64,000 nucleotides of DNA from Candidatus Iainarchaeum sp. (GCA_017610175.1 JAFCCO010000001.1:1-64000); one strand, 5' to 3'; numbered from the stretch's first letter, positions 18,043 to 28,166 are shown. Numbers and translations are program-made. The notes: generated by a model from the letters alone, not told the origin.

Positions 18043-18465
18043 TTACCACTTTGCTCCTAATAGTTTTGTGAGTTCTCCGAGGACAACATATCTTCTTGTC
18101 TCGTCCACTTTGAACTTTGAAAGGTCAACGACCTCTTGATCCTTATACTTTGCAGGTGTTCCGATAAAAACCTTTACCCTTGCAATCGCGTCCTTTCCTG
18201 TTTTTCTCTTGATTGGGACCATTCCCCTAATTGAGGATCTCATAACCCTGTCCGGCATTCTGCTGAACTTTGGGCCGTGCTCAGGGTTTCCCTTTACATT
18301 TCTGTCAAATTTTGTTTTGTATTTGTGAAGGAGGTCGTTTTTTGTTCCGGTGAGCACAACCTTTTCTGCGTTCACTACGACAACCTCTTCCTTTTCAAGC
18401 GCTTTTTTTGCACAGAATGAGGCCACTCGCCCCATAACCAGTCCGTCTGCGTTTACAAGAACCAT
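18043..18465 (-). CDS. rpl13: 50S ribosomal protein L13
   Basis: GRVAS, VNAEK...TG, GP, PD, IRGMVP; alternative GTG start at 18474. Confidence 0.96.
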   Translation of the reverse strand: MVLVNADGLVMGRVASFCAKKALEKEEVVVVNAEKVVLTGTKNDLLHKYKTKFDRNVKGNPEHGPKFSRMPDRVMRSSIRGMVPIKRKTGKDAIARVKVFIGTPAKYKDQEVVDLSKFKVDETRRYVVLGELTKLLGAKW

Positions 18466-18474
18466 TTTTTTCAC

Positions 18475-18834
18475 CTAACAAATTATCACTACGTCGCTTG
18501 GCTTTATTTTCGCCTCAAGCGCTTCTGCAATTGACATTGCTTTTCCTTTCTCCAAAATTTTTGCCTTTGCCGATTCACTGTATTCGAGGGCTACAACATT
18601 TAATGCCTTTTCAACGTTTCCGAATCCAAGTACTTTGCCTGGGACCAGCAGGTATTTTTTGTCGCTTTTTATTGAACCAAGTTTCCAGAGGTTTACGGAT
18701 GCACGTCGCCTTCTTGGCTTTTTCAGCCTTTCAGCTATGTCTTTCCAAATTACTTTCTTTTCTTTTCTTGAGGTTTTCTCAAGCAGGGCAATTGCCTGTA
18801 ATACTTCTTCGTTTCTTGGTCCTCTTCCTTTCAC
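18475..18834 (-). CDS. rpl18e: 50S ribosomal protein L18e
   Basis: IW..IA..L.KPRR, VNL.K, VPGKVLG.G. Confidence 0.96.
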   Translation of the reverse strand: MKGRGPRNEEVLQAIALLEKTSRKEKKVIWKDIAERLKKPRRRRASVNLWKLGSIKSDKKYLLVPGKVLGFGNVEKALNVVALEYSESAKAKILEKGKAMSIAEALEAKIKPSDVVIIC

Positions 18835-18866
18835 TTCAAAACACCGCTTTTTTTTTCTTAATTCAT

Positions 18867-19006
18867 TGCAGGAGGGAGGATTCGAACCCCCGAAGGCACT
18901 AAGCCACAGGATCGCTCAACTTTCCCCTTCCGCTTAAATTTAATACAATAATTCTTTTGGAGATTGTTCTTAAGTCCCGCCCCTTTGGCCACTTGGGTAC
19001 TCCTGC
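18867..19006 (-). tRNA. tRNA-Leu(TAA) with a 56-nt intron (18913..18968) at 37/38; CCA not encoded
   Basis: GCAGGAG/CTCCTGC acceptor stem, CGGGA-CTTAAG^A-TCCTG anticodon arm, long variable arm, TTCGAAT loop; bulge-helix-bulge with CTTA/TGAG central helix. Confidence 0.95.
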
Positions 19007-19034
19007 ATTCCTCCTAAATAACATCATACTTAAT

Positions 19035-19628
19035 TCATTTAATTTTTTTCATTTCCTTTTCAAATGCAGTTGTTTTTTCCTGCAATAATTTTACCGCGCC
19101 GTCGAGAATTTCCTTGTTGCTTAAGCTTCCGCTTGATTCGAGCTCAAACTCATATGTTTCTGAATCCTTCTCGTCCTGTGTGAATGTGGCAATTGCCGGC
19201 TGCCACTTTACGTGTTCCCTTCCTGAAAGCATAACCGCATTCATTTCAAGCTTTACTTTCTGGTTCTTTCCAAGCTTAACAATTGGGATTTTCTTGTCCG
19301 CAATTTCAATCTTTGGGTCTGTGCTCTTCAAATCCTTTGAATAAACCATTGCAGGGCCTTCTTTTTCAAGAACGAGCTTTACTGACTCGCCTTTCTTGTA
19401 GCCTTTTACATCGGTTTTGACAGGGAGCATTCCAAGCCTGTGTGCAAGGAACTCATCAAACATCACCGAATCGTTTTCGTAGATTGAAACGTCCTCTATG
19501 CTAAGGCAAGGCACGTCCTGCATGATTGTTCTTCTAATTGCGTTTATGAATGCGCTGTCCACTCCCTTAATTTGGAGTTTGAGGACACCGTGTTCTTCGG
19601 AAACTTTTTTGACAGAAACCATAACCAT
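19035..19628 (-). CDS. rpoD: RNA polymerase subunit Rpo3 (D), short form lacking the Fe-S domain
   Basis: NAIRR, ENDSVMFDEFLAHRLGMLP, VYS.DL, EHVKWQP. Confidence 0.96.
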   Translation of the reverse strand: MVMVSVKKVSEEHGVLKLQIKGVDSAFINAIRRTIMQDVPCLSIEDVSIYENDSVMFDEFLAHRLGMLPVKTDVKGYKKGESVKLVLEKEGPAMVYSKDLKSTDPKIEIADKKIPIVKLGKNQKVKLEMNAVMLSGREHVKWQPAIATFTQDEKDSETYEFELESSGSLSNKEILDGAVKLLQEKTTAFEKEMKKIK

Positions 19629-19646
19629 TTTCTCCGTTAGTTTTTT

Positions 19647-20033
19647 TTATTTCTTCTTGCCCCTGAATTTCTTTTTTTTTCTGCATCCGTCGTGCGGGAT
19701 TGGGGTAACGTTTTCGATTGCTCTGATTATCAGCCCGTTTCTTGTAAGGCTTCGAATTGTGGCCTCACTTCCTGAACCTGGGCTGTTTGATTTATTTCCC
19801 CCTGTTCCTCTGACTTTTACGTTTACCTCGGTAATTCCCTTGTCTCTTGCTTTATCTGCAATAATTTCCGCTGCTTTCATTGCAGCGTAAGGGCTTCCTT
19901 CCTTGTGCTGTGCTTTTACAACCTCTCCGCCCGAAGACTTTGCGATTGTCTCAGCGCCTGTAAGGTCTGTAAGCAAAAGAATTGTGTTGTTGTGGGAGGC
20001 ATAAATGTGAACTATTCCCCTGTTGCTACTCAT
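19647..20033 (-). CDS. rps11: 30S ribosomal protein S11
   Basis: [34 protein letters not shown]. Confidence 0.97.
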   Translation of the reverse strand: MSSNRGIVHIYASHNNTILLLTDLTGAETIAKSSGGEVVKAQHKEGSPYAAMKAAEIIADKARDKGITEVNVKVRGTGGNKSNSPGSGSEATIRSLTRNGLIIRAIENVTPIPHDGCRKKKKFRGKKK

Positions 20034-20823
20034 CTGCCTTCACCTCTTTCTTTTTTTCTTCTTTGGCCGGTGTTTCAGCTTCGGTTTTAGCTTCTTCAAC
20101 AGCGGGCTTTTCTTCCTTTTTTTCCTCTACTGCTTTAGGCTTTTTCTCTGCGGCTTCTTCCTTCTTCTCTGTTTTGGTTTCTTCCACCGGAGCCTCAACT
20201 TTTGCCTTTTTTTCAGCTTCCTTTACTTCCTCTTTCTTTTCTTCTGCTGCTTTAGGCACCTTTTCTTCCGGCTTGGCAGCTGCACCCTTTGGAACAACGT
20301 CCTCAAATGCTTTTTTTGTTTCCTTAACCATTTTTGCCTGCACTTCCATTGGCTTTCCGTAGTATTTAATCTTGTTTTCCTGGTCTGCAAGAACCAAAAA
20401 GCTTGGTGCCGTAACTCTCTTGCCTTCAACTGCAATGTGCCCGTGCACAACGAACTGCCGTGCCTGTGTTGCTGTGTTTGCAAGGCCTTTTCTTAGGACT
20501 ATTGTTTGCAGTCTTCTTTCAAGGATGCTTTCTGTTGTAAGTGTCAGCACATCATCAAGTGTTGCGTTTCCTGTGAGCAGTCCAAGCCTTGCAAGGCTTC
20601 CCACAAGTTCCTGTTCCCTTCTCAAGCGCTCTTCAAGCGGCAGGGCAAGGAGCTTTCTTGCGTTTTCCCTTTTCTTTCTCAGAATGGTTTCAAATTTCCA
20701 GAGTTCCCTCTTGTTTTTGAGCCCGTACTTTTTGACTATTACCTTTTCAGTGCCAAGCCTTTCCTTGTCGTGCGGCTTCCTGGGTGTTTGGTATTGCTTT
20801 TTTGTTTTCTTTGGGTCTCCCAT
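20026..20823 (-). CDS. rps4: 30S ribosomal protein S4 with long Lys/Glu tail
   Basis: [34 protein letters not shown]. Confidence 0.97.
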   Translation of the reverse strand: MGDPKKTKKQYQTPRKPHDKERLGTEKVIVKKYGLKNKRELWKFETILRKKRENARKLLALPLEERLRREQELVGSLARLGLLTGNATLDDVLTLTTESILERRLQTIVLRKGLANTATQARQFVVHGHIAVEGKRVTAPSFLVLADQENKIKYYGKPMEVQAKMVKETKKAFEDVVPKGAAAKPEEKVPKAAEEKKEEVKEAEKKAKVEAPVEETKTEKKEEAAEKKPKAVEEKKEEKPAVEEAKTEAETPAKEEKKKEVKADE

Positions 20824-20835
20824 TCTTAATCACCG

Positions 20836-21363
20836 TTATTTCTTGTTGTCCTTTTTCCTAACTCCTACTGTGCCACCTTTTCCTCGGTGTGTGGACTTTG
20901 TTCTTTGTCCCCTTACCGGGAGGCCCCAACTGAGCCTTAGGCCGCGGTAGGATTTGATTTCGTTAAGCCTTTGCAAATCCTTTCTTTTTGCAAAATCAAG
21001 GTCTGCCATGATAACGTGCCTGTCTTGCCCGTCTTCAATGTCTTTTCTCCTGTTAAATGTCCAGCTTGGCAGATTGTGCTTGCCTGGGTTTTGCACGATG
21101 TCCTCAAGCTTTGAGTCCATTGATTCATCAAGCTTTCCAAGCAGTGTTTCCATTTTTGTCCCTGTTTCTTTTTCAAAAATAATTGCGGAGTTTCTTGCGG
21201 CCCTGTGGCTTATGCCTTTTATGCCCTGAAGTGCCCTGTGGATTGGAAGCTCTCCGTTGAGGTCCTTTCCGGATATTCTCACAATATACCTTAGGTCTGC
21301 CTTTGGTTCTGCGGGAGGTGCCGACGTTGGTTTTTCCTGTGTTTCCTTTTTATTTTCACTCAT
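20836..21363 (-). CDS. rps13: 30S ribosomal protein S13
   Basis: YIVRI, W.FNRRKD, SYRGLR, GLPVRGQRTKS. Confidence 0.97.
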   Translation of the reverse strand: MSENKKETQEKPTSAPPAEPKADLRYIVRISGKDLNGELPIHRALQGIKGISHRAARNSAIIFEKETGTKMETLLGKLDESMDSKLEDIVQNPGKHNLPSWTFNRRKDIEDGQDRHVIMADLDFAKRKDLQRLNEIKSYRGLRLSWGLPVRGQRTKSTHRGKGGTVGVRKKDNKK

Positions 21364-21368
21364 TTAAA

Positions 21369-21596
21369 TCACTCTTTCAAAAGTTTTGCAATGTCCTTTT
21401 GGGTTGTGCTTTTGCTTACCTTAATTATTTTGTCAAGTGGCATCAAATGCTTGAGGTTGCATTGCTTTTTCTTAATTTTTTCTCCAATAATTGTTGCGAA
21501 GCTCTTTTTCTTGTCCAGCTCGAGGACTACAACTTTTTGTCCCGCGGTTCTTCCTGCGAGTTTAACGCAGACTGTTCCAATTTCGAGGCCGGTCAT
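21369..21596 (-). CDS. rpl14e: 50S ribosomal protein L14e
   Basis: EIG.VCVKLAGR.AG, CN..HL.P. Confidence 0.93.
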   Translation of the reverse strand: MTGLEIGTVCVKLAGRTAGQKVVVLELDKKKSFATIIGEKIKKKQCNLKHLMPLDKIIKVSKSTTQKDIAKLLKE

Positions 21597-21928
21597 TTAG
21601 CTTCCTCTTTTACATTCAAAAACTGTCTAATCTTGATTTCAACGTCTGAAACGTCCTTAAGTTTGTTTTCAACTTTTCCTCTTTCTTCAGCAACAATGCG
21701 CCTGCATTTTGTGCAAAGCACGCCTCCAAACGGAACGCTTGGCCTTTTCTTTGTTTTGCTGAGTTTTGAAACTTCTGAAACTTTTTTGCCGTGTGGGACT
21801 CCATGGAGCTCTGCTTTGCAGATGCCGCACTTGTGCTTTGCGGTCTTTTCCCTAACGTAGTACTCTTTGGTGCTTTTTACGACACGTCTTTTCTTCTTCT
21901 TTTTTGTTTTTTGCCCTGGAGAAACCAT
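21593..21928 (-). CDS. rpl34e: 50S ribosomal protein L34e
   Basis: KCGIC...LHGVP, KT.KRPS.PFGG.LC..C. Confidence 0.94.
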   Translation of the reverse strand: MVSPGQKTKKKKKRRVVKSTKEYYVREKTAKHKCGICKAELHGVPHGKKVSEVSKLSKTKKRPSVPFGGVLCTKCRRIVAEERGKVENKLKDVSDVEIKIRQFLNVKEEAK

Positions 21929-21940
21929 ATTCAACACGCT

Positions 21941-22408
21941 CTATTTTTCAAATTTCTTCATTGCAAAGTTTGCAATTATTCCAAGTGTAAGTGAACTGTA
22001 GATATACCACCAAAGCCAGCCGAGAGTCGATGTAATTTCAAAGCTGAAATCGCGGTGCACTACTGGCAGGGAAAAAGGCAGGTTAATCCATTCGCCGCCG
22101 TAGGTTGCCCCAAGAAACCAGAATACCCCGATGAATATTGGGAATGAAACAATCATGTGCTTCATTGTTCCCCTCATACTATCGTTCATGAGTTCCAGCA
22201 TTTCACCCTGGAGTTTTTCAACCTCGTCCTTGCTTTTCTTATCTTCTTTTCCCGACAGCTCTTTGATTCTTTTTTGCTGTTCTTTCATTTTTTCCTGATT
22301 TGCTTTCATTTTCTTTTTGTCAAGCAGCTTTTTTTGAAGGATTTGTGAGACTAGGACCATGGCAAGTGAAACCAATGTTATCTCCAGCATGATATTCTCC
22401 AAAAACAT
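21941..22408 (-). CDS. DUF106 / EMC3-TMCO1 (Oxa1 superfamily) membrane protein
   Basis: TM helix, coiled coil, K.M....P, LGWLWWYI motif; conserved position after secY. Confidence 0.88.
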   Translation of the reverse strand: MFLENIMLEITLVSLAMVLVSQILQKKLLDKKKMKANQEKMKEQQKRIKELSGKEDKKSKDEVEKLQGEMLELMNDSMRGTMKHMIVSFPIFIGVFWFLGATYGGEWINLPFSLPVVHRDFSFEITSTLGWLWWYIYSSLTLGIIANFAMKKFEK

Positions 22409-22515
22409 TCAAATTGCCTCCTTGAGGTTAGAAAACTCGTATTTTGAATAGCTTTCGCTAATATTAATTGTTGATGCAATGAAATATAAATGCTTTGATT
22501 GTCTCCCTATTCCGC

Positions 22516-23925
22516 TCATCTAAGCAGCCCCCCAAGCATTGGGTACATTGCTGCAAGCTGTTCTTTTGCAAGTTCTTCGTAGAGCCTGTAGATTATTCCA
22601 ACTGTGAGAAGAATTCCTGTCCCGCTTGCAAGCCCTCCGAGCGCCATGTTTCCAAGGCCTGCGAGAAGTCCTACAAAGATTGACCCCATTATAACAATTG
22701 TTGGGATATACCGGTCTAAAACTTTTTTAACTATTCTTGGGTCCCTTCTGAATCCCGGGATGTACATTCCGCTTCTCTGCAGTTGTTCTGCAACCGCTTC
22801 CGGGCTTTGGTTCCCCATTTGTACCCAGAACACTCCGAACACTATGCAGAATGCCACAAGGATAATTAGGTAGATCATTGCCTGGAACATCTGCGGAGCC
22901 ATTGAGGTTAGTGCAATTATTGGGCCTTCTGCCCCTATTCTTGTAAGCAGGTCAATGAACAGGTTGAACGGGCTGTTTGTTGCCCATGCAAGCCATCCCA
23001 TTATTTGCCCAAGAATTGGGATTCCGCCGGTAAGCTGTGACCACAGCTGTATGTTTACAAAAAGTGTCACCGCGAGAATTACCGGAATGTTTGAGACATA
23101 GAGCAGTTTTACCGGGAATCGCCCTCCTGTTCCGCGCCTTCCCATTGTTATTGGGATATTTACATGCATTCCCTCTGCGAAAACAATGATGAGGAAAATT
23201 ACCGCCGCTATAAGTATTGGAAGGAGCAGTATGAATTTTGCCCCGGTTGCAAGCGATGCGGCAAATTGCAGCAGTACCCCGCCCGGGTCTCCTATTCCAA
23301 TGGGCGGCCTGAATATCTGCCAGAAGAATGTTCCTGCCACTCCTCCTGCAATAAAGAGCCCTATTCCTGAGCCGACGCCGTATTTGGATACAAGCTCGTC
23401 CAGGTATAGTAATATTATGCTTCCAAGTGCCACCTGCAGTATGATTGGCAGTGCAAACGGAATTCTTTCGATAAGTGAGAGTGCAAAGAAGTCAACTCCG
23501 GCGGGAGTTGTGGGCAAGAGTGGGTTTCCTGCAATTACAAGTGCCGCCCCTTCAAAGAAGCAGAGTGCTATTGCAAAGAGTTTTTGTAATCCCTGAAATT
23601 TTGCCCTGTCGCTTGGGTTTGAAAGGTCAACTTTGATAAATTGCCCCCCAACAAGGAGCTGCAGGATAATTGATGCAAGCACGATTGGTCCGATTCCTGC
23701 GCTAATCAGGGTTCCCATGTTACTTGCGATAATTGTTTGCAGCTGTTCCCAGTATGCAAGTGTTTGCGGTTCAACACCTATTAGGGAAATGTTTCCCATC
23801 ACAAAAAACAGGATTAGGGCTATTGCGCTCCAAATAATTTTCTTGTCCAATGCAGGGGGCTTTTCCGGGGGCTTTATTTCCGGGAGCAACCTGCATATTG
23901 GCTCAAGTGCGGTGAGAAGGCTCAT
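22516..23925 (-). CDS. secY: Preprotein translocase SecY (Sec61 alpha)
   Basis: GIGPIV.ASIILQLL, G.GSGIGLFI, YVSNIPVIL, IPGFRRD, SGTGILL. Confidence 0.98.
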   Translation of the reverse strand: MSLLTALEPICRLLPEIKPPEKPPALDKKIIWSAIALILFFVMGNISLIGVEPQTLAYWEQLQTIIASNMGTLISAGIGPIVLASIILQLLVGGQFIKVDLSNPSDRAKFQGLQKLFAIALCFFEGAALVIAGNPLLPTTPAGVDFFALSLIERIPFALPIILQVALGSIILLYLDELVSKYGVGSGIGLFIAGGVAGTFFWQIFRPPIGIGDPGGVLLQFAASLATGAKFILLLPILIAAVIFLIIVFAEGMHVNIPITMGRRGTGGRFPVKLLYVSNIPVILAVTLFVNIQLWSQLTGGIPILGQIMGWLAWATNSPFNLFIDLLTRIGAEGPIIALTSMAPQMFQAMIYLIILVAFCIVFGVFWVQMGNQSPEAVAEQLQRSGMYIPGFRRDPRIVKKVLDRYIPTIVIMGSIFVGLLAGLGNMALGGLASGTGILLTVGIIYRLYEELAKEQLAAMYPMLGGLLR

Positions 23926-24383
23926 TCAGTTTCTTCCTCCACGGCTTTCGCTTCCTCTTCTTCAAGCCCTGCAATTTTGGAACCGCTTTCACTGATTTTT
24001 TCAGCGGCTTTTTTGCTGGCTTTTACGTTTTCAAATGAAACTTTTGAAATGAGCTTTCCTCTTCCCACAATCTTTGCGACCCCTATTTTTTTGCCGTCAA
24101 TTTTGATTGTGGTTCCTTCCTTTTCCACTTTTCCCTGTGCAATCCATTTTGGAATGGATTGTTCTATCATGTCAAGGTTCATGGACGGGCCTACAGGTTT
24201 TCCAATTACTTTCTTTTTGTCCTGTCCGAATTCGCCCTGGTATTTTGTAAATTTGTGCTTGTGTGAACCTGCTCGGCCCCGGCCGCCTCTGCTGCCGGCT
24301 CCTCTTCGGTTCTTTGTGTCACCTTGCCCGTGGGTTCTTTCCCCTCGGACGGTATTTTTCTTCTTTCTTCTTCTCACAGTCAT
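23922..24383 (-). CDS. rpl15: 50S ribosomal protein L15
   Basis: RG.RTHG.G, RGAGSRGGRGRAG. Confidence 0.96.
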   Translation of the reverse strand: MTVRRRKKKNTVRGERTHGQGDTKNRRGAGSRGGRGRAGSHKHKFTKYQGEFGQDKKKVIGKPVGPSMNLDMIEQSIPKWIAQGKVEKEGTTIKIDGKKIGVAKIVGRGKLISKVSFENVKASKKAAEKISESGSKIAGLEEEEAKAVEEETE

Positions 24384-24395
24384 TTCGGAAACACC

Positions 24396-24857
24396 TTATA
24401 CCATTTTTTTAATCAAAATGTTAATGTCGTCTGCCCTGTAGCCAAGGGCTCCGCCCATTGAATAAATTTTCTTTATTCCTGCTCTTTCGTGCCCTTTTTT
24501 GGGCGGGCTGAGCCTCAGAACCGGTTTGAGTCCTGCTTTGTCAAGGGTTGTTTTTCCATCTATAAGCGCTTTTGCAAGCTCGTCGAATGAGCCAAAGCCT
24601 TTCTCTTTGAGAACTGTGTCTGTCACCCTTCTGTTTCCTGAGAGCCTTGCTCTTTTCTTGAGTGCAAGTGCAAGGGTTTTTTCATTCACTTCGCCCCAGG
24701 TTGCATATCCCTGAACTTTCTGAAGCATTGGTTTCTGTGCTTCTTTGAGCAGAACCATGTGGTTTCCCTTGAACAGCCTGAGCAGTTCAAGTGTCTTTCT
24801 GTTGTCCGGGTTTAGCCCGACACATCCTCTTATTCTAATTGCTGCAATCAGGCTCAT
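24396..24857 (-). CDS. rpl30p: 50S ribosomal protein L30 (uL30)
   Basis: IRIRG, TL.LLRL, TWGE, LSPPKKG, GALGYR. Confidence 0.96.
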   Translation of the reverse strand: MSLIAAIRIRGCVGLNPDNRKTLELLRLFKGNHMVLLKEAQKPMLQKVQGYATWGEVNEKTLALALKKRARLSGNRRVTDTVLKEKGFGSFDELAKALIDGKTTLDKAGLKPVLRLSPPKKGHERAGIKKIYSMGGALGYRADDINILIKKMV

Positions 24858-25564
24858 CGTTTCTCCCTCTTTCTTATTATTGAGTTGCTTGCCTTCATCT
24901 TCATTGTGTTGCTGAGGGCGTCAATTGTTGCTCTGATAAAGTTGAGTTTTGTTGATGTGGCTCCGGTTACCTTGCACCATACATCGTTTACTCCTGCGAA
25001 TCTTAGAACATCCTTAATGTTGTCTCCTGCGACCAATCCAACGCCGCGTGGTGCGGGCATAAGTGTTATTTTGCATGCCGCGTTCTTTCCTGTTACTTTG
25101 AATGGAACAGAGTGCTGTGTGTTGCAGGTGCATTCCCAGCTTCCGCATCCTCTTGCTATTTGTGTGAGGTTCATTTTTGCGTTCTTTGCGGCTTTTTTAA
25201 CTGCAGGCCATTTTTCTGCATCTTTTGCCGTTCCAAGCCCTATGAGCCCGTTCCTGTTTCCTACCAAAACCGCTACGCGGAATGAAAATTTTCTTCCTGC
25301 CCTTACAACCCTTGTTGTTTTCTTTACATCAAGGAGTTTTTCTTCGAGCACAACCAGTGAATCTATAATTTCAGGTTCAAGGATTGGTTTGTTTTCTTTG
25401 AGTACGTCTTCAAGGGTGGTTATTTCTTTTGTCCGAACTTTCTTGCCAAGTTCTGTTTTTGGAACCCAATCCCTGAGTCCCTGTTCCCTTTCTTCTTCTG
25501 CCCTTCTTGCTTGTCTTGCAGCTCTTTCTTCAGCTGACAATTCTCTTCTTTTTCCAAAAGCCAT
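24854..25564 (-). CDS. rps5: 30S ribosomal protein S5
   Basis: WVPKTELG, EPEIID, RGCGSWEC, PAPRGVGL. Confidence 0.97.
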   Translation of the reverse strand: MAFGKRRELSAEERAARQARRAEEEREQGLRDWVPKTELGKKVRTKEITTLEDVLKENKPILEPEIIDSLVVLEEKLLDVKKTTRVVRAGRKFSFRVAVLVGNRNGLIGLGTAKDAEKWPAVKKAAKNAKMNLTQIARGCGSWECTCNTQHSVPFKVTGKNAACKITLMPAPRGVGLVAGDNIKDVLRFAGVNDVWCKVTGATSTKLNFIRATIDALSNTMKMKASNSIIRKREKR

Positions 25565-26145
25565 TACTTTTCCCCTTCCTTAGAAATTTTTTCTTTCACT
25601 TGCTCGAAGAGCTTTGTAAGTTCTTTTACGTTGATTCCTTTCTCGGTGTATTTTGAAAACTTTTTCTTGTAGTCTTCGTCCCCAAGTGTCTTTGCGTAAT
25701 CCTCAATGTGTTTTCCTGAAGCCCTTTCCTTGTTTGGAAGTGCTTTTGCATCGTGTTTTACATCAAGCCCGAATTCTACCGCTCCCTTAAGTGCGGCAAA
25801 CATTCTTGAACCGTGAACAGGTGTGCTAAAGCCAATGTCAAGGATTGCTTTTTCAACCCCTGCTTTTTTTCCCTTTGCTGCAATAAGGTAACCTGTGAGG
25901 TATGCGCTTGGAAGGTTTTTGTCCTCCTTCCAACCGAATGCTTTAAGCTGGTTGCTTGTTGCCTGTGCAATAATCTTGTCGCCTGCCGGCTCAAATGCAA
26001 TGAGCTGTGCAATTATTTGCGTGTTTGTTTTTCTAATGCACAGTCTTGGGGTTCCGCTTTTGACCATTGCCAGCCTTTTTGCGTAGTTGGTCTTGCCCTC
26101 CCTTCTTCGCCTGTAGGGCATTGTGTATGTAGCGTTTAGTTTCAT
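25564..26145 (-). CDS. rpl18: 50S ribosomal protein L18 (uL18)
   Basis: RRRREGKTNY, NLPSAYLTG, LDIG, LKGA. Confidence 0.97.
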   Translation of the reverse strand: MKLNATYTMPYRRRREGKTNYAKRLAMVKSGTPRLCIRKTNTQIIAQLIAFEPAGDKIIAQATSNQLKAFGWKEDKNLPSAYLTGYLIAAKGKKAGVEKAILDIGFSTPVHGSRMFAALKGAVEFGLDVKHDAKALPNKERASGKHIEDYAKTLGDEDYKKKFSKYTEKGINVKELTKLFEQVKEKISKEGEK

Positions 26146-26598
26146 TTATGCGGCCCCCTTTTTTCCTTCAACATATGCCTGGATATACTTCTTTCCCTTG
26201 AAGTAGTTTCCCTTAATCATTCTGTAGACCTTGCTGTAGCCTGCTTTCTTAACGGCCTCTGGGTCTTTTTCTTTGAGTTCTTTGATCATTTTTCTTTGTG
26301 CCCTTACTCTTGACATCCAGTTTTTCTTTTTTTGAGTGCGGGTTTTCTTTGTTCCCTTTCTCTTTCCACTGCCTGTTTTTCGGCCCTTTTTCTTCTTTTC
26401 CTTAAGTTTGCGTGTACGACCTTTGCTTTGGCTCTGTGGTTTTCTTTTCTTAATGATGCCTTCGGAAACAAGTTCTCTTACGTCTTCCTTTGTCATGACC
26501 TCTTTAATTCTTACGTTCTCATCTGGGTTAAACCAAACTCTTTGGAGTCCAACTCCCAGAACGTCTGCCGCAATTCTTCTTACTTTGATCAAGTCCAT
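26146..26598 (-). CDS. rpl19e: 50S ribosomal protein L19e
   Basis: RIAA..LGVG..RVW, G.RKG, W..RVRAQR, Y...KG. Confidence 0.96.
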   Translation of the reverse strand: MDLIKVRRIAADVLGVGLQRVWFNPDENVRIKEVMTKEDVRELVSEGIIKKRKPQSQSKGRTRKLKEKKKKGRKTGSGKRKGTKKTRTQKKKNWMSRVRAQRKMIKELKEKDPEAVKKAGYSKVYRMIKGNYFKGKKYIQAYVEGKKGAA

Positions 26599-26603
26599 TT
26601 AAT

Positions 26604-27197
26604 TCACCCGTTTAGCACAGGAAGCCCAAGCTTGCCTGCCTTTTCAACCAAAACCCCTTTTTTCTTCTTTCCAAGTGTTGCAGAGAACTTTACTGCTGCG
26701 TTTTTTAGCTCTGCTGCTTTTTCGAGCTCTGCGGCATTCCTTACAAGGACCTCGTTGAAACCGCTTGGATGTATTCCGCGCAGTCTCTTGTCTGTTCTGT
26801 ACCCTGTTTTTGGATAGAGTCCGTCTTCCTGCTTGAAGTAAATGTCAATTCCCCTTGGCTTTCTCCACTTTTGCCATTTCTTGTTGGAGATTCTTCTTAT
26901 TGATCTGTTTCCAAAGCGCCCTCTGAACATGCGCTTTTTCTTCAGCTTAATTTTTTCCGCAAGTGCCTTTACTTCCTTGCTCTTTGCAGCCTTTGCTTTT
27001 GCAGCAGGCTTTGCCGGTTTCTTTGGTGCTTTGGGCTTTTCCTTCTTAACGGCGGCTTTTGTTTCTGCCTTTGGCTTTGCTGCTCCCTTTGCCTCTTTTT
27101 TTGCAACAGGTTTCACTGTTTTTTTCTCAACAGCTTTTTTTGCCGCGGGCTTTGTTTCTGCCTTGACCTTTTTTTCCTCAGCTTTCTTTTCCGCCAT
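26604..27197 (-). CDS. rpl32e: 50S ribosomal protein L32e with Ala/Lys-rich N-terminal extension
   Basis: KWRKPRGID, P..GY, RGIHPSGF. Confidence 0.94.
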   Translation of the reverse strand: MAEKKAEEKKVKAETKPAAKKAVEKKTVKPVAKKEAKGAAKPKAETKAAVKKEKPKAPKKPAKPAAKAKAAKSKEVKALAEKIKLKKKRMFRGRFGNRSIRRISNKKWQKWRKPRGIDIYFKQEDGLYPKTGYRTDKRLRGIHPSGFNEVLVRNAAELEKAAELKNAAVKFSATLGKKKKGVLVEKAGKLGLPVLNG

Positions 27198-27206
27198 TTA
27201 GTTCAC

Positions 27207-27746
27207 CTATTTTTTCCCCTTGTTAACAATGTATATTCCGTCCTGGTAAATTCTTCGGTCCTTTCCCCTTAAGCGTGTGGTCTGTTCAATGTTTCCGGCG
27301 GTTTGCCCAACGGCTTCTTTGTTGTGGCCTGTTAGTGTAACGTCTTTTCCTTTGACGGCTACGGTCACTCCGTTGACAATATTCGCAATCCTTGGCTTTT
27401 TCTCCCCTGTAAAATTGTTTATTTCAAGAATGTTTCCTTTTACTGCAACGTTCATTGGGAAGTGGCTGTATACAACGGTCATTTTGTATTCGTAACCATC
27501 TGTCACGCCCTTTGCCATGTTGCTTATGTGCCCCATGATTGTTTTCATGCTTTTAATGTACTTTTTGCTTGCCGGCTTTGCTTCAACTTCCACTCCGTTC
27601 TCAACTTTTTTGAAGCTAATGCCTCTTACGCTGAACTCGCGGACGTTTTCCTTGCCGTTGCCCTTGACGGTTATTTTGCCGCCTTCTACGGCAAATTCAA
27701 CAGCTTTTGGCATTGCAACAATTTCTTTTGTACTTTCCTTCAACAT
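27207..27746 (-). CDS. rpl6: 50S ribosomal protein L6
   Basis: HI.NM..GV, YSHFPM, NF.GEK.PR, GQTA.NIE, D.RI.QDGIYI. Confidence 0.96.
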   Translation of the reverse strand: MLKESTKEIVAMPKAVEFAVEGGKITVKGNGKENVREFSVRGISFKKVENGVEVEAKPASKKYIKSMKTIMGHISNMAKGVTDGYEYKMTVVYSHFPMNVAVKGNILEINNFTGEKKPRIANIVNGVTVAVKGKDVTLTGHNKEAVGQTAGNIEQTTRLRGKDRRIYQDGIYIVNKGKK

Positions 27747-27759
27747 TTCAATCAATCCT

Positions 27760-28161
27760 TTAGTAAACATAAGCCAGAAGCCTTCCTCCAAGCCCCTTCT
27801 CCTTTGCTTCTGTGTGTGTCAAAACACCTTTTGGTGTGCTAACAACAAGCATTCCCACATCTTTTGACGGGAGGTATCTTTTCTCATACTTTTCAAACCC
27901 GCTTCTCTTCACAGCATATCTTGGCTTTATTGCGCGGCACTGGTTGATTTTTCCTGTAAGTTCAACCCTGTAAATGCCTTCTCTGCCGTCGTCTATGAAT
28001 TCAAACGTGTTTATGTATCCGTTTTTCTGCATTGCTTTAAGGATTTCCCCAAGCAACTTTGAGGCAGGCCTAAAAAAGCACTCGCCTTTTGAAGCCATGT
28101 CACTGTTTTTCAGCGTTATTAAAGCATCTGCAACCGGATCCATTCTAGTCATCTCATCCAT
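27760..28161 (-). CDS. rps8: 30S ribosomal protein S8
   Basis: [34 protein letters not shown]. Confidence 0.97.
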   Translation of the reverse strand: MDEMTRMDPVADALITLKNSDMASKGECFFRPASKLLGEILKAMQKNGYINTFEFIDDGREGIYRVELTGKINQCRAIKPRYAVKRSGFEKYEKRYLPSKDVGMLVVSTPKGVLTHTEAKEKGLGGRLLAYVY

Positions 28162-28166
28162 CCCCT

